Assembly (NCBI GenBank): GCA_964016885.1
Contig: OZ024742.1
Span: forward strand, 93,124,001 to 93,188,000
Length of the DNA: 64,000 nucleotides
Source of the DNA: Eledone cirrhosa
Taxonomy: Eukaryota
Direction of reading: 5' to 3'
A program made the position numbers and the translations under genes. Shown here one piece after another: positions 1 to 11,326 of the stretch. Numbering within the stretch: position 1 is the first letter of the stretch; each line of letters opens with the position of its first letter. The notes beneath the pieces are model-generated. The model worked only from the letters and a program-made list of their open reading frames with translations, was not told the DNA's origin and did not search any database.

Positions 1-94
1 GTTTCTTCCCATGGTTCTATGTTCACTAATGGCAAATCATTTTATTTAACAATTTGCTATTAGTGAGCATAGACTATGGGTTTCATCAGAGTTT
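1..94 (-). ncRNA. Type I hammerhead ribozyme motif, cut by window edge, with long helix II
   Basis: Minus strand reads aaact CTGATGA aa [cccatagtctatgctcactaatagcaaat..atttgccattagtgaacatagaaccatggg hairpin] aa GAAAC. Helix III and the cleavage site would lie beyond position 1. Confidence 0.6.
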
Positions 95-556
95 AATTAA
101 AATACCAGCACAAATCACTCAGGAAAAAGAATATATATTGCTCATCAAAATATCAGGATAAAAAATTATTTACAAATATAGTTAGAAAACCATCATAGTC
201 AGAAAATATATTTTCAGGTGTGTTTCCTAGAATGAATTGGAGTTTATAGTTATAAAAATGGTGTCATTTGTATTAAAAGTTTTCCTAAAATGAGTTTGAA
301 TATATAGAGTTTTAACAAAGCAATATTCATAGTTAGCCCAGGCAATTTAACAATTTCAACAGAGTTAAAAGATATTTACTGCTGACCTAACGTTATACCT
401 GAACACTGTACACAATAATTTCATGATTATTATTATATTATTATGAAGCATGAAGTTATACGCAGTGAATATATATATATTTCAATGTTTCAGTTGTTAC
501 AGATATGTTCTATCTACTATATTAATTATTAAATAATCGTTAATATTTAATTGAAT

Positions 557-646
557 GACTTTGCCTTTCATCCTTACGGGGTCGATAAAATAAAGTACCA
601 GTAATGCACTGGGTAATTGCTGGCCTTGTGCCAAAAGTAGAAACAG
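557..646 (+). mobile_element. tRNA-SINE family A, 3' half
   Basis: gactttgcctttcatccttacggggtcgataaaataaagtaccag...agtagaaaca matches the fuller copies at 33556, 39725 and 43760. Confidence 0.85.
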
Positions 647-999
647 TTAATATTTAATTGAATGTGAGAAGAGTATATTAGTATTAAAATAAACAAATAT
701 TTATGTTTTACAGAATATTACTTCAGAGGGTAAATATGGGGTAGTTTAATGAATTAAACCAGTGTTAGATTTACAAAGGAGACGTTTTATTCACATAAAT
801 AACATTACAAATATGTTTTAAACATATACATAAATAACATTACAAATGCGTAAATAACATTATAAATTGCTCGTTCAGGAGAACATTACAAATATAATAT
901 CATTGATAACCAGAAATATTATCACATAAAAGACAGATAAAAAAACTTTAAAAAAAAAAAAAAAGGTGGGAAATTTACCACCAAGTACGAAAATCGGCT

Positions 1000-1660
1000 G
1001 CACATCAGATCATAAGGGTTAACTAAACACTTTGAGGCAAGCCAATATGCTAGCAGCATTGCCACAGGTGATAGCAAGGCTAAGGCACTGAAACAACCAG
1101 GCACCCTCACGGGCATCACCAAACACCTCAGTAAGGCAAGCCACCAGTAATGACAAGAACTTTGCTGTCAGTGGTCCAACACCACCAAATGCCTTGAATG
1201 TCACAGGCTCAAAAAAATAATTACTGGATAAATCCAGGTATTTCCGAATTTTATTCCATTTGGCAACGGAAGCAGTAACTCCCACATTTACTGCAGCATC
1301 AATGATGTGGGAGGGAGCAAAAGAGTCACTGTGGTATCTCAGATGAGACACCTACCTCTTACCCAGGGACAAACGGTAAGGCTGTCTGATCTCTTCTTAT
1401 CACTTCTGGATAAATCAGCTGGCTCCAGAACTGAGGGGATATTTACCCGAGCTAGGGCCCGATTGATGATCAGGTTTAGCTCAGTGTGGTGGGCCAAATG
1501 ACCAGCATTCAGGTGGCAGGACAAACATGTAGACCTGTGAAGTTGAGGTACTTGCCACAGTGGCATCTCAGACCCACATAGATGTTGGCTCCCACTTGAA
1601 GTGCAATGGAAATGCGGATTCATCCTGATTGAGAAGGCTGCCAATGTTGGCTACAAGCCC
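1000..1660 (-). mobile_element. CRE-like non-LTR retrotransposon 3' fragment (restriction-like endonuclease), decayed
   Basis: Two frameshifted ORFs give HxxLNxIIxRAL..LEP..LSRSDKKRSD (degenerate RPD)..PWxRG and then FEPVxFxAFGxxG..Q.LSLAIxxGNAASIL, the typical CRE-clade C-terminus. Confidence 0.75.
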
Positions 1661-2480
1661 AGCAGTCCCACAAGTACTTTGCAGAAAGTAAGCGGTACCT
1701 AGAAAATTGATCGGAATGATGAATGGGAGATTTAAAACTAGAATATTAGTTATCTAAATATTTTTGCTAAGTACATATATTTGAATTAATATATGTTAAG
1801 CATTTACACTTATTTAAGGGACATTTTATATATGACCAAGATATATAAGTGTGTGATGTATTTAAGAAAATCAATACATTATAATGAAATATAATTTATT
1901 TAGTTCATTATATTGAATAAATTAATATGACTTGTTAATTCTCTATCAGTATATTTTATAGTATATAAATGTGTGAGTTTACCTAAACATTATTCCAATA
2001 CTGTGGATTTAATATTAGGATAAGTACTATTTTAAGTGTATGGACATAGACGTTTAGCAAATATATTCAACTATCTACTATATCCTCTGAAGTTATCAAA
2101 ATTATTTTATCTAACTTTTTCCTTTGACCTTAATGATAATGAATATTTAAATATAATTGATGGGGATACTTAATTCTATTGGTGCCATCATTTTGATAAT
2201 TTCAGAGGATTTTGAAACCATTTTGCTGATTTGAGAGCTGATGAGGGTAAAGCTATGTGTGTAAACTTGTCTGGTACACTGCCTTTCTTTATTTCCTTCT
2301 TCCAATCACATCTGTGTGTCAACACACTTCTTGTCCTTCTTCTCTTTCAAACTTTTCTATAGTTCTCTGTCCTTTGAGGCATTTTTGCCCATCACTGTCT
2401 TTAACAGCATTTAGCTGTTTTAACAGCTGTTCTAGCGATGAGTCTTCTCATTTTTATATGTATTATATATATATATATAT

Positions 2481-3780
2481 ATCATCATCATCATCGTTTA
2501 ACGTCCATCTTCCATGCTAGCATGGGTTTGGATAGGAATTTTCCCACTTGAGGCAAGATTGGTTGTCTTGCTCGTATAGTTGCGGGTTTTCTACGGTTGG
2601 ATGCCCTTCCTCGTTTACAACCACGTTTACAGAGTGGGCTGGGAGGTTTTTACTGTGTTACCTACACGGCCACATTACAGCGTGGACTGTGTGTTTTTTG
2701 TCGTGACACCTACACGACCTCATTTATTTAGGACTGGATGTTGTGGTACCAACATAACTTTACATCGAAAGGGGTGGTGTGGATGGCGGTGGGGGTAGGG
2801 TTAGTGGGTGTATTTTGGTTACACTGTAGGTTTCGCTTTGCACTTAGGCAAGGCGGGTCTTCTGTATTACTGTGTAGTCCCAAAGATCTCGGTCCAGTGA
2901 TATTGTCTTGGAGAGGTGTAAGTGTGTGAGGTTGGAATTTATCAAGTCGTCCCAGGTTTTTCTGGGTCTGCCTACTCCGTGGCTACCGTCTATTTTGATC
3001 GTCCTGCACTTTTTTATACAGCTGTTGTCTTTCATGTGCATCACGTGACTATACCAACGTAGTCTTCTCTCGAGTAAACAGCATCTGATCCCTCTTATTC
3101 CTAATTTCTCACTTAGTTCATTTATGCTTTGCCGTTCGCGTATATTACTATTACACATCCAACGGAGCATGCAAGCTTCGTTCCTCTGCAGTCTGCGTAT
3201 ATCCTCTGCACACAATGCCCAAGTCAAGTCTCACTGCCATGTAACATTGCTGTTCGTATGCAGGCATCATACAGCCTGCCTTTCATTTTTAGAGAGAAAC
3301 CTTTAGCGGCCAATAGTGGTATAAGCTCTCTGAACTTTTTCCATCCCATTCTGACTCTAGCTAATGTACTTTCAGAGTACCCTCCACCACTGCTGATTTT
3401 GTCACCAAGGTAACGGAAGGTGTCCACTATTTCTATAGAACCATCTGTGCAATGGAATGAGCTAATATTCTGTGGGCACTTGCTGCTACTTATTGCACCT
3501 GAGCACCGGCCACATATAAAATCTATATTCTTAGTTAGCTTACCTGTGATCCCACTACATCTTTTATGCACCCATACTTTGCATTTGAGACATAAAATGG
3601 AGTTTCTGCCTACTCCTTTCCTACACACTGAGCATGGCCATTTCCCAGATGGGATCAGTGCCCTATTTTCCTTCCTACATACTAGAACTTTAGTCTTAGA
3701 CAGGTTAATTTTAAGGCCTTTTGATTCTAGGACATGCTTCCATGTTTGGAATTTCTTCTCTAGTTCAGCCATTGATTCAG

Positions 3781-3782
<2 letters not shown>
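2481..3782 (-). mobile_element. RTE LINE (subfamily A), 5'-truncated, frameshifted
   Basis: ORFs 3224-3772 and 2844-3227 encode the RTE C-terminus (LRWYSHV, GRPRKTW). A 5-bp caagt duplication near 3220 causes the frameshift. (GAT)n tail at 2481; both ends abut (TA)n. Confidence 0.95.
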
Positions 3783-3813
<31 letters not shown>

Positions 3814-3814
<1 letters not shown>

Positions 3815-5109
3815 GAGGTGTGTCAGAAAAGTTCCAGGACTGATGTCACAAAAGATTTATTTCAAACCCAAACTTCACAATAAGAGTTTTCTCCTTCAAA
3901 GTAATCCCCCTGGAGTATGTAACTGTAATCTTAGCTCTCTGCAGCGATCAAACTTATTTCTTCATAATTTTATATACATGTCCTCTGTTTCAGGTCGTCA
4001 AGCAATGAGCACAGAGCAACGAACAAACTTGAAGTTTCTGGTACAGTTGGGGAAAACTCCGTCAGAAGCACTGGGAATGCTGCAGCAAGTGTATGGAGAT
4101 GAGACGATGTCACGCTCATATGTTTTTGAGTGGTGCAAGAGGTTTAAAGAAGGATGCAAGGATGTGGAAGATGACCCCAGTAGTGGAAGGCCCTCAACAA
4201 CCAGGATTGAGGTCAACGTTGAGCGCGTCAGGCAGATGGTGCGTAGCGATCGTCAGCTGACTGTTCAACTGATGGCAAATGAAATCGGGACAGCGTCTAG
4301 AAGATTCTCACTGAAGATTTGGACATGCGGAAAGTCTGCGCGAAGATGGTGCCAAAACTGCTGAACGATGACCAGAAGGGTCGACGCATGCAAGTGTGCC
4401 AAGACATCCTTGAGCGTCTTGAAACCGAACCAGACTTGCTAGGGACAGTCATCACCGGTGATGGATCTTCGAGTACAACCCGGAAACCAAACACCAGAGC
4501 CTTCAGTGGAAGAGTCCATCATCGCTAAGGCCGAAGAAAGCACGACAGTTGAAGTCCAAAGTCAAGGTCATGTTGATCCCATTCTTCGATGTGAGGGGTA
4601 TCGTCCACTGCGAGTTCTTGCCACAGGGCCAGATGATCAACCAACATGTCTACAAAAAGATACTGCAGCGTTTGCTTCGTTCAGTGCGTGAGAAGAGGCG
4701 AGAGTTGTGGCAGGACAACTCGTGGCTGCTTCACCATGACAACACGCCTGCTCACAATGCCCTGAGCATCTGACAGTTCCTAGCCGAGAAGAACATCGCT
4801 GTGCTGGAGAAACCTCCCTTCTCCCCTGACCTGGCTCCGTGTGATTTTTTCATATTCCCCAAGCTGAAGGGGGTCATCAAGGGGACTCGTTTTGAAGACG
4901 TGGACGACATCAAAAAGGCCGTGATGATGGAACTGCTGAGGATCCCGGAAGAATCCTTCCAGGAGTGCATGCAAGCGTGGCAGAAAAGGATGGAAAAGTG
5001 CATTAGACTCCAAGGGGATTACTTTGAAGGAGAAAACTCTTAGTGTGAAGTTTGGGTTTGAAATAAATCTTTTGTGACATCAATCCTGGAACTTTTCTGA
5101 CACACCTCG
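3814..5109 (+). mobile_element. Full-length mariner (DD34D) transposon with pseudogenised transposase
   Basis: 66-bp TIRs at 3814-3879 and 5044-5109 (1 mismatch), with TA on the left. Transposase remnants include HTH region (MSTEQRTNLKF), VITGD, HHDNTPAH and FSPDLAPCDFFIF, broken by frameshifts and a TGA at 4771. The terminal TAG at 5041-5043 abuts the right TIR. Confidence 0.95.
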
Positions 5110-5168
5110 CATATATCCCTTCCATATACTGTACCGATTGTGTTGTTATTTCTGTTTACCTTTTACAT

Positions 5169-5279
<111 letters not shown>

Positions 5280-5541
5280 TATGTGCACATATATATATGC
5301 ACACATATATATAAATTCATATGTATATACATACATAACTTTGATAACGTTGATAACTTTGATAGGTTTCGGCCAGGATTGGCCCAGGTCATGTCTAACT
5401 TAATAGCACCACCTGGAAAAGTCTTACAAATCAGGGTTTGGGCACCGTGGGCCACTCGAGCAGAGAGTTATTGTTTACGGGGGCATATCCAGGTGTAGGA
5501 GGCTTAATATATATATATGCACACATATATTTATATATATA

Positions 5542-6786
5542 TATAATTAAAAAAAATATATGATCAACACTATTGTGTTTTTTTTTTGCAAAATGACAAT
5601 AATTTTTTTAGCCAGATAGAAATACCTTAATTCAAGTACATATAGTCCGTCTGTATCGATCTAGGGAATATTAAATATTAAATCTATACTCACAGACGTA
5701 AAATGGCAACTGCCTGGTGCCTAGACAAGTTTAAATTTCAAAATTCAAACCTTTTCAGCAGATCGGGCGGAACTTCAAAACATAAATCTGTTTCACAAGG
5801 GATGTTATACTAATGAAATAATTAATTAATTACGGAACAACTATTTATAAAATAATTATTAGTGAAGTAATCAATTTTCTGTGATCTTTGGTAGGCACCC
5901 AGAAATTAAAATCATTTCTCCTAAGATAATATCTTCAGACTGATCTGTCGCAAGCCTAATACATGTGCTTTTGCACACGACCTTCTCAGCATTCTGGCTC
6001 ATATCCATGGCGCTAGAAATAGCAGCCGTGAATATGTGATTATGAATTCAGCTCTACCGGAGGAGCAGATTAATTTCGGTTTAATAGTCAGTTACAAATA
6101 TTAAGCTCCAAGAAAATACTTCTGAGCATTACATTATAATTTAAAAAAATATATGATCAACACTACTGTGTTTTTTTTTAGCCAGATAGAAATACCTTAA
6201 TTCAAGTACATATAGTCCGTCTGTATCGATCTAGGGAATATTAAATATTAAATCTATACTCACAGACGTAAAATGGCAACTGCCTGGTGCCAAGACAAGT
6301 TTAAATTTCAAAATTCAAACCTTTTCAGCAGATCGGGCGGAACTTCAAAACATAAACCTGTTTCACAAGGGATGTTATACTAATGAAATAATTAATTAAT
6401 TACGGAACAACTATTTATAAAATAATTATTAGTGAAGTAATCAATTTTCTGTGATCTTCGGTAGGCACCCAGAAATTAAAATCACTTCTCCTAAGATAAT
6501 ATCTTAAGACTGATCTGTCGCAAGCCTAATACATGTGCTTTTGCACACGACCTTCTCAGCATTCTGGCTCATATCCATGGCGCTAGAAATAGCAGCCGTG
6601 AATATGTGATTATGAATTCAGCTCTACCGGAGGAGCAGATTAATTTCTATATGGCTAAAAAATTATTGTCATTTTGCCAAAAAAAAAACACAGTAGTGTT
6701 GATCATATATATTTTAAAATTATAATGTAATGCTCAGAAGTATTTTCTTAGAGTTTAATATTTGTAACTGACTACTAAACCGAAAT
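5542..6786. repeat. 570-bp tandem duplication followed by an inverted copy of one module (A-B-A-B-A')
   Basis: B at 5624-6072 is near-identical to 6194-6642. A at 6073-6193 reappears reverse-complemented at 6643-6786. Confidence 0.9.
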
Positions 6787-9700
6787 ATCATCATCATCAT
6801 CATCATCACCGTTTTACGTCCGTTCTTCCACGCTAGCATGGGTTAGACGGGTTGTCCTGTTGTGGGCAGTGTCTGGTCGGCTGACCATGCCTTGCTCATA
6901 CAGGAACTGATCTGGCTTGATTTCTACAGCTGGATGCCCTTCCTAACACCAACCTCATTTACAGTGAGTGCTGGGTGCTTTTTCGTGGCGCCTACACGTC
7001 CACTTTACAGTGTGGGCTGGGTGCTTTTTTGCCGTGGCACCTCCACGACCACCTTGCGGTGGGGGGGTGGGGGCATATTGTTTATATGCTTCAGCATGTA
7101 CCCATGGGAGGTCGGGTACCCTGTATTACTGCGTGACGCCAGAAGTCACGGTCGTGTGTCATTGACTTTGAGAGGTGTAGTTGGGTAAGGTCAGCTTTTA
7201 TCACCTCATCCCAAGTCATCTTGGGTCTCCCCACTCCGCGGTTTCCATCAACTTCTAGTGCTCTGCACCTTTTTATGCAGCTGTCATCCTTCATACGCAT
7301 CACATGTCCATACCAGCGTAACCGCCTCTCCTGCACGCAGCATTTGATTCCTCTTATGCTCAGTCTCTCTCTCAATTCCTTTATGCTTTGTCGTTCACGT
7401 ATATTACTGTTACACATCCATCGGAGCATGCAGGCTTCGTTTCTCTCTAATCTACGTAAGTCTTCCACCTTCAGCGCCCAGATCTCACTACCATGCAACA
7501 TCGCTGTTCGGATACACGCATCATACAGTCTGCCTTTCATTCTGAGGGAGAAGCCTTTTGCAGCTAGCAGTGGTAGTAGTTCCCTAAACTTCTTCCATCC
7601 CGTTCTTACCCTAGTTATTGTACTTTCTGAGCACCCACCTCTGTTGCTAATTCGGTCACCTAGGTAGCAGAAGCTGTCTACTGTTTCTACAGGGCCCTCC
7701 CAGAGATTGGTGGTACTTGTTTCCTGTGGCTGTTTGCTTGCTGTTTCAGCACAGCTGCTGCATGTGAATCCTACATTCTTAATTAAGCTTCCTGAGATCC
7801 CGCTACATCTCTTGTGTACCCATTGTTTGCATTTGGGGCAGAGAATGGAGTTCCTACCTACACCTTTCCTACATACTGAGCAAGGCCATTTCCCTGAGGG
7901 GATCTGGGTTCTGTTTTCTCGTCTACTTATAAGGACCTTAGTCTTTGTCATGTTGACTTTGAGGCCCTTTCTCTCTAGTCCCTGCTTCCAGGTTTGGAAT
8001 TTATTCTCTAGTTCTACCATAGATTCAGCTATGAGTGCGAGGTCATCAGCATACAGGAGTTCCCATGGGCATCCGGTCTTAAACTCCTCCGTTATTGCCT
8101 GCAGGACTATGATGAACAGGAGAGGGCTAAGAACAGAGCCCTGGTGGACCCCAACCTGTACGCTAAATTCCTCGCTATACTCATTGCCAATCCTAACTTT
8201 GCTGACTGCTCCCCTATACATGGCTTGTACCGCTTTCACAAGCCATTCATCTACTCCTAGTTTTCTAAGAGCCCACCAGATTACTGCACGTGGAACTCTG
8301 TCAAAGGCTTTCTCAAGGTCGACAAATGCCAAGTAGAGTGGCTTACTTTTAGCTAGGTACTTTTCCTGTAACTGCCTCACAAGGAAGAGGGCATCAGTGG
8401 TGCCTCTTCCTGGTACAAACCCAAATTGCATCTCATCTAGTTTTACCCGGTCCCTAATCAACTGTGCTATAACTCTTTCTGTTACTTTCATGACCTGGTC
8501 CATCAGCTTTATACCTCTATAGTTTCCTCTATCTAGTGCATCGCCTTTACCTTTGTAGCAGTTGACAATGATGCTACTGCACCAATCTTTTGGTATGACA
8601 CCTTCTAGTATTACCTGGTTAACAATACGTGTGGTTATAGTATGACCTACAGGCCCAGATGCCTTCAGCATCTCGGCAGCTATACCCGATGGACCGGTTG
8701 CCTTCCCCATCTTCATATTTTTGATTGCCTTACTTACTACGCTGCTGCTGACTTGTACTGCTGGCCCCTCTATAGGGTCTACTTGGAGTAGGTCTCTTCT
8801 TCCCATGCATTCTCCTCATTTAGTAATCTATCATAATGGCTCTTCCATGCATCTTTCTTCTCAGCACTTGTGAGGGCAAGCTCACCTTCATCATTCCGGA
8901 TACACTTCTCTCCAATGACATCACAATTCTCTCTGACACACTGCCTCACAATCTTGAACACCTCCTGTTTCTGGTCCTCACGTTGCAAAACATGCTTGAA
9001 TTTTCTATCCTCTGCTTCCCTCCTAGCTAAGTATACTTGTCGCCTAGCTTCCCTCTTGGTCTCTATGTAATGTACCCTGCTCTCCCCGTTCTTCCATTCT
9101 TTCCATGCCTGTCTCTTGGCCTTAACTGCCTCATCTACCTTATTGTTCCACCACCAAGTCACTCTCCTCCTGGTTGTGGTCTTACTCCAGCTACAGACCT
9201 CATCCGTCGCCTCTAGTAAGTTATTTTTTTGGAACTCCCAGTGCTCTTCTACATTGAATGTCTCTATCTGTTCTTCTTTACCGTCATAGGCATTGAGTAA
9301 AATATCTTTAAATCTGTTACTGGCTGAGGGGTCTTTCAGCTTCCAGATCTTTCTTCTCCAGGTTTGTCTAGTTCTGACCGTGAGGTTGCTGACAACTAAG
9401 CTATGTTGGGGGGTACATTCCTCACTAGGGAAGGCTTTTGTGTTTATGACCGTCCATCTGTCACGTCCTCTGATGAGGATAAAATCTATCTGACTAGAAT
9501 GCTCGCCTGATCTATAGGTGATCAGGTGGTTGTCGGGTTTTTTAAAGTTTGTGTTACATATCGACATGTCATTGGCGTCACAGAATTCTAGAAGTCTGAA
9601 TCCACCTCATTTCTTGTGCCAACTCCATGGCCTCCATGGACTCTATTGAAGCCGTCACAGTGTTTACCTACATGTCCGTTAAAATCTCCTGTGATGATTA

Positions 9701-9931
9701 GGAAGTCATTGTCGTTTGTTAGAACAGTAGTGTGCATTAGGGACTCATAAAATCTATCCTTAAGTTCGTCTGGAAACCCCGATTGGGGTGCGTAAGCTGA
9801 TATTATTGTGGTAATTGTTTTATTCAGGACTAGTCTGAGTTTAATGATTCTTGCATTTACCCTGTGCACTGAGACTACTTTATCTACCCACTTGTCAGCT
9901 AGTAGTATACCTACACCACCCATCCCATCAT
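6787..9931 (-). mobile_element. RTE LINE (subfamily B), near full ORF: APE endonuclease plus RT, two frameshifts
   Basis: ORF pieces show IISAYAPQ, GDFNGHVG and SQIDFIL (APE), QFGF, QGSVLSP and YADD (RT), and the RTE C-terminus GRPKMTW. (GAT)n tail at 6787; 5'-truncated inside the endonuclease. Confidence 0.95.
7091..8806 (-). pseudogene. RTE reverse transcriptase region with embedded C4-H-C3 finger
   Basis: 571-aa ORF with RT motifs and CSVC..CPKC..H..C..CSSC. It is out of frame with the upstream ORF piece. Confidence 0.9.
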
Positions 9932-10514
9932 CATATGTATGCTTATATATGTATACATATGTATGCTTATATACATATATACACGTATGTATACTTATAT
10001 ACATATACATAAATTTACAAAATGCTTCTGCATATTATCATACATAACAGTTAAAAATACAGCTGGATACTTAGACACTTAATGAAAATATGTACATACA
10101 CATATACACACACATATACACACACATATTTACACACACATATACTCATACATATGGAAAACACTAGAAACATATGCTGAAGCATACATACGCATGCACT
10201 TGCAATTACACACATGCTGAATTTGAAATATATTTAAATGTAAAAATCACTTTGGTTAATGTCAATTTTCTGAAAGCTATTTTTGGTTTAAAGGGAGAAT
10301 ATTTTCTTTTCTACCTTGCAAACTTGCCTAAGGCTTCAGGGAAGAATTAACATTTCATCAGGACAGGTTTGGGCCATAAAACTAAATTGACTGCATCAAA
10401 ATATGTGTGCATATATATGTGTGCACATGTATGTGTGTATACAGACATACACAGATATGATATATATATATATTCTTAAAAATATGTGTGTATGTGTGTA
10501 TATATATATATATG

Positions 10515-10840
10515 CCCACCCCATCCACACCACCCCGTTCTATGTAAAGTTATGTTGGTGCCGCGCCATCCAGGCCGAAACAAATGAGATCGTGTAGGTG
10601 TCATGACAAAAAAACACACAGTCCACGCTGTAATGTGGCCGTGTAGGCAACACGGTAAAAACCTCCCAGACCCACACTGTAAATGTGGTTGGTGTTAGGA
10701 AGGGCATCCAACTGTAGAAAACCTGCCAGACAGTCCTATGCGAGCAAGACAATCACTCTTGCCTCAAGTGGGACTACCCCCGTCCAAACCCATGCAAGCG
10801 TGGAACACGGACGTTAAACGTTGATGATGATGATGATGAT
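10515..10840 (+). mobile_element. Solo RTE-A 3'UTR with (GAT)n tail
   Basis: Reverse complement of about 11327-11655, with about 4 substitutions by eye. Confidence 0.9.
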
Positions 10841-10940
10841 GTGTGTGTGTACATGTTTACACACACACACACACATAAATATATATATATATACATATGA
10901 TGATGATGATGATGATGATGAATATATATATATATATATA

Positions 10941-11326
10941 TGGAGGCAGATGGCTTAGTGGTTAGAGCATTGGCCTTGAAAATCGAAAGGTTGTGAGTTC
11001 AATTCTCAGACCGGGTGATGTGTTGTGTCCTTGAGCAAGACACTTTATTTCATATTGCTCCAGTTTACTCAGCTGTAGAAATGAGATGATAGGACTAGGG
11101 TCCCTATCATTCCATTGCAAACTGGTTGTGGAAGTGCCACAGCAAAAATGCGCCCAGCCCACACTGTAAAGTGGACGTGAAGGTGCCACGGAAAAAAAGC
11201 ACCCAGCACTCACTGTAAATGAGGTTGGTGTTAGGAAGGGCATCCAGCTGTAGAAATCAAGCCAGAATCAGTTCCCGTCCCACCCTTGCAAGCATGGAAA
11301 AGCGGACGTAAAATGATGATGATGAT
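10941..11326 (+). mobile_element. tRNA-SINE family B: tRNA head, CORE-like domain, RTE-derived tail
   Basis: A box tggcttagtgg and B box gagttcaattc. tgtgtccttgagcaagacacttt..ccagtttactcagctgtagaaatg resembles the CORE domain. The 3' part matches the RTE-B 3'UTR (6900-7050) and ends in (ATG)n. Confidence 0.9.

Noticed and set aside
3420-4364. 314-aa ORF suggesting a SETMAR-like fusion
   Set aside because: It is a chance join of antisense RTE, (TA)n and the mariner 5' end.
5905-5945. CTGAAGA...GAAA on the minus strand of block B
   Set aside because: No credible helices, and the duplicate copy lacks the core.
10320-10371. Possible decayed hammerhead (CTGATGA..GAAG CCTTAGG CA, minus)
   Set aside because: The core A-U pair is changed, helix II is absent and helix I is out of register.
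10941-11015. tRNA gene (also at other SINE heads)
   Set aside because: The A and B boxes continue into SINE bodies, and no complete cloverleaf is evident.
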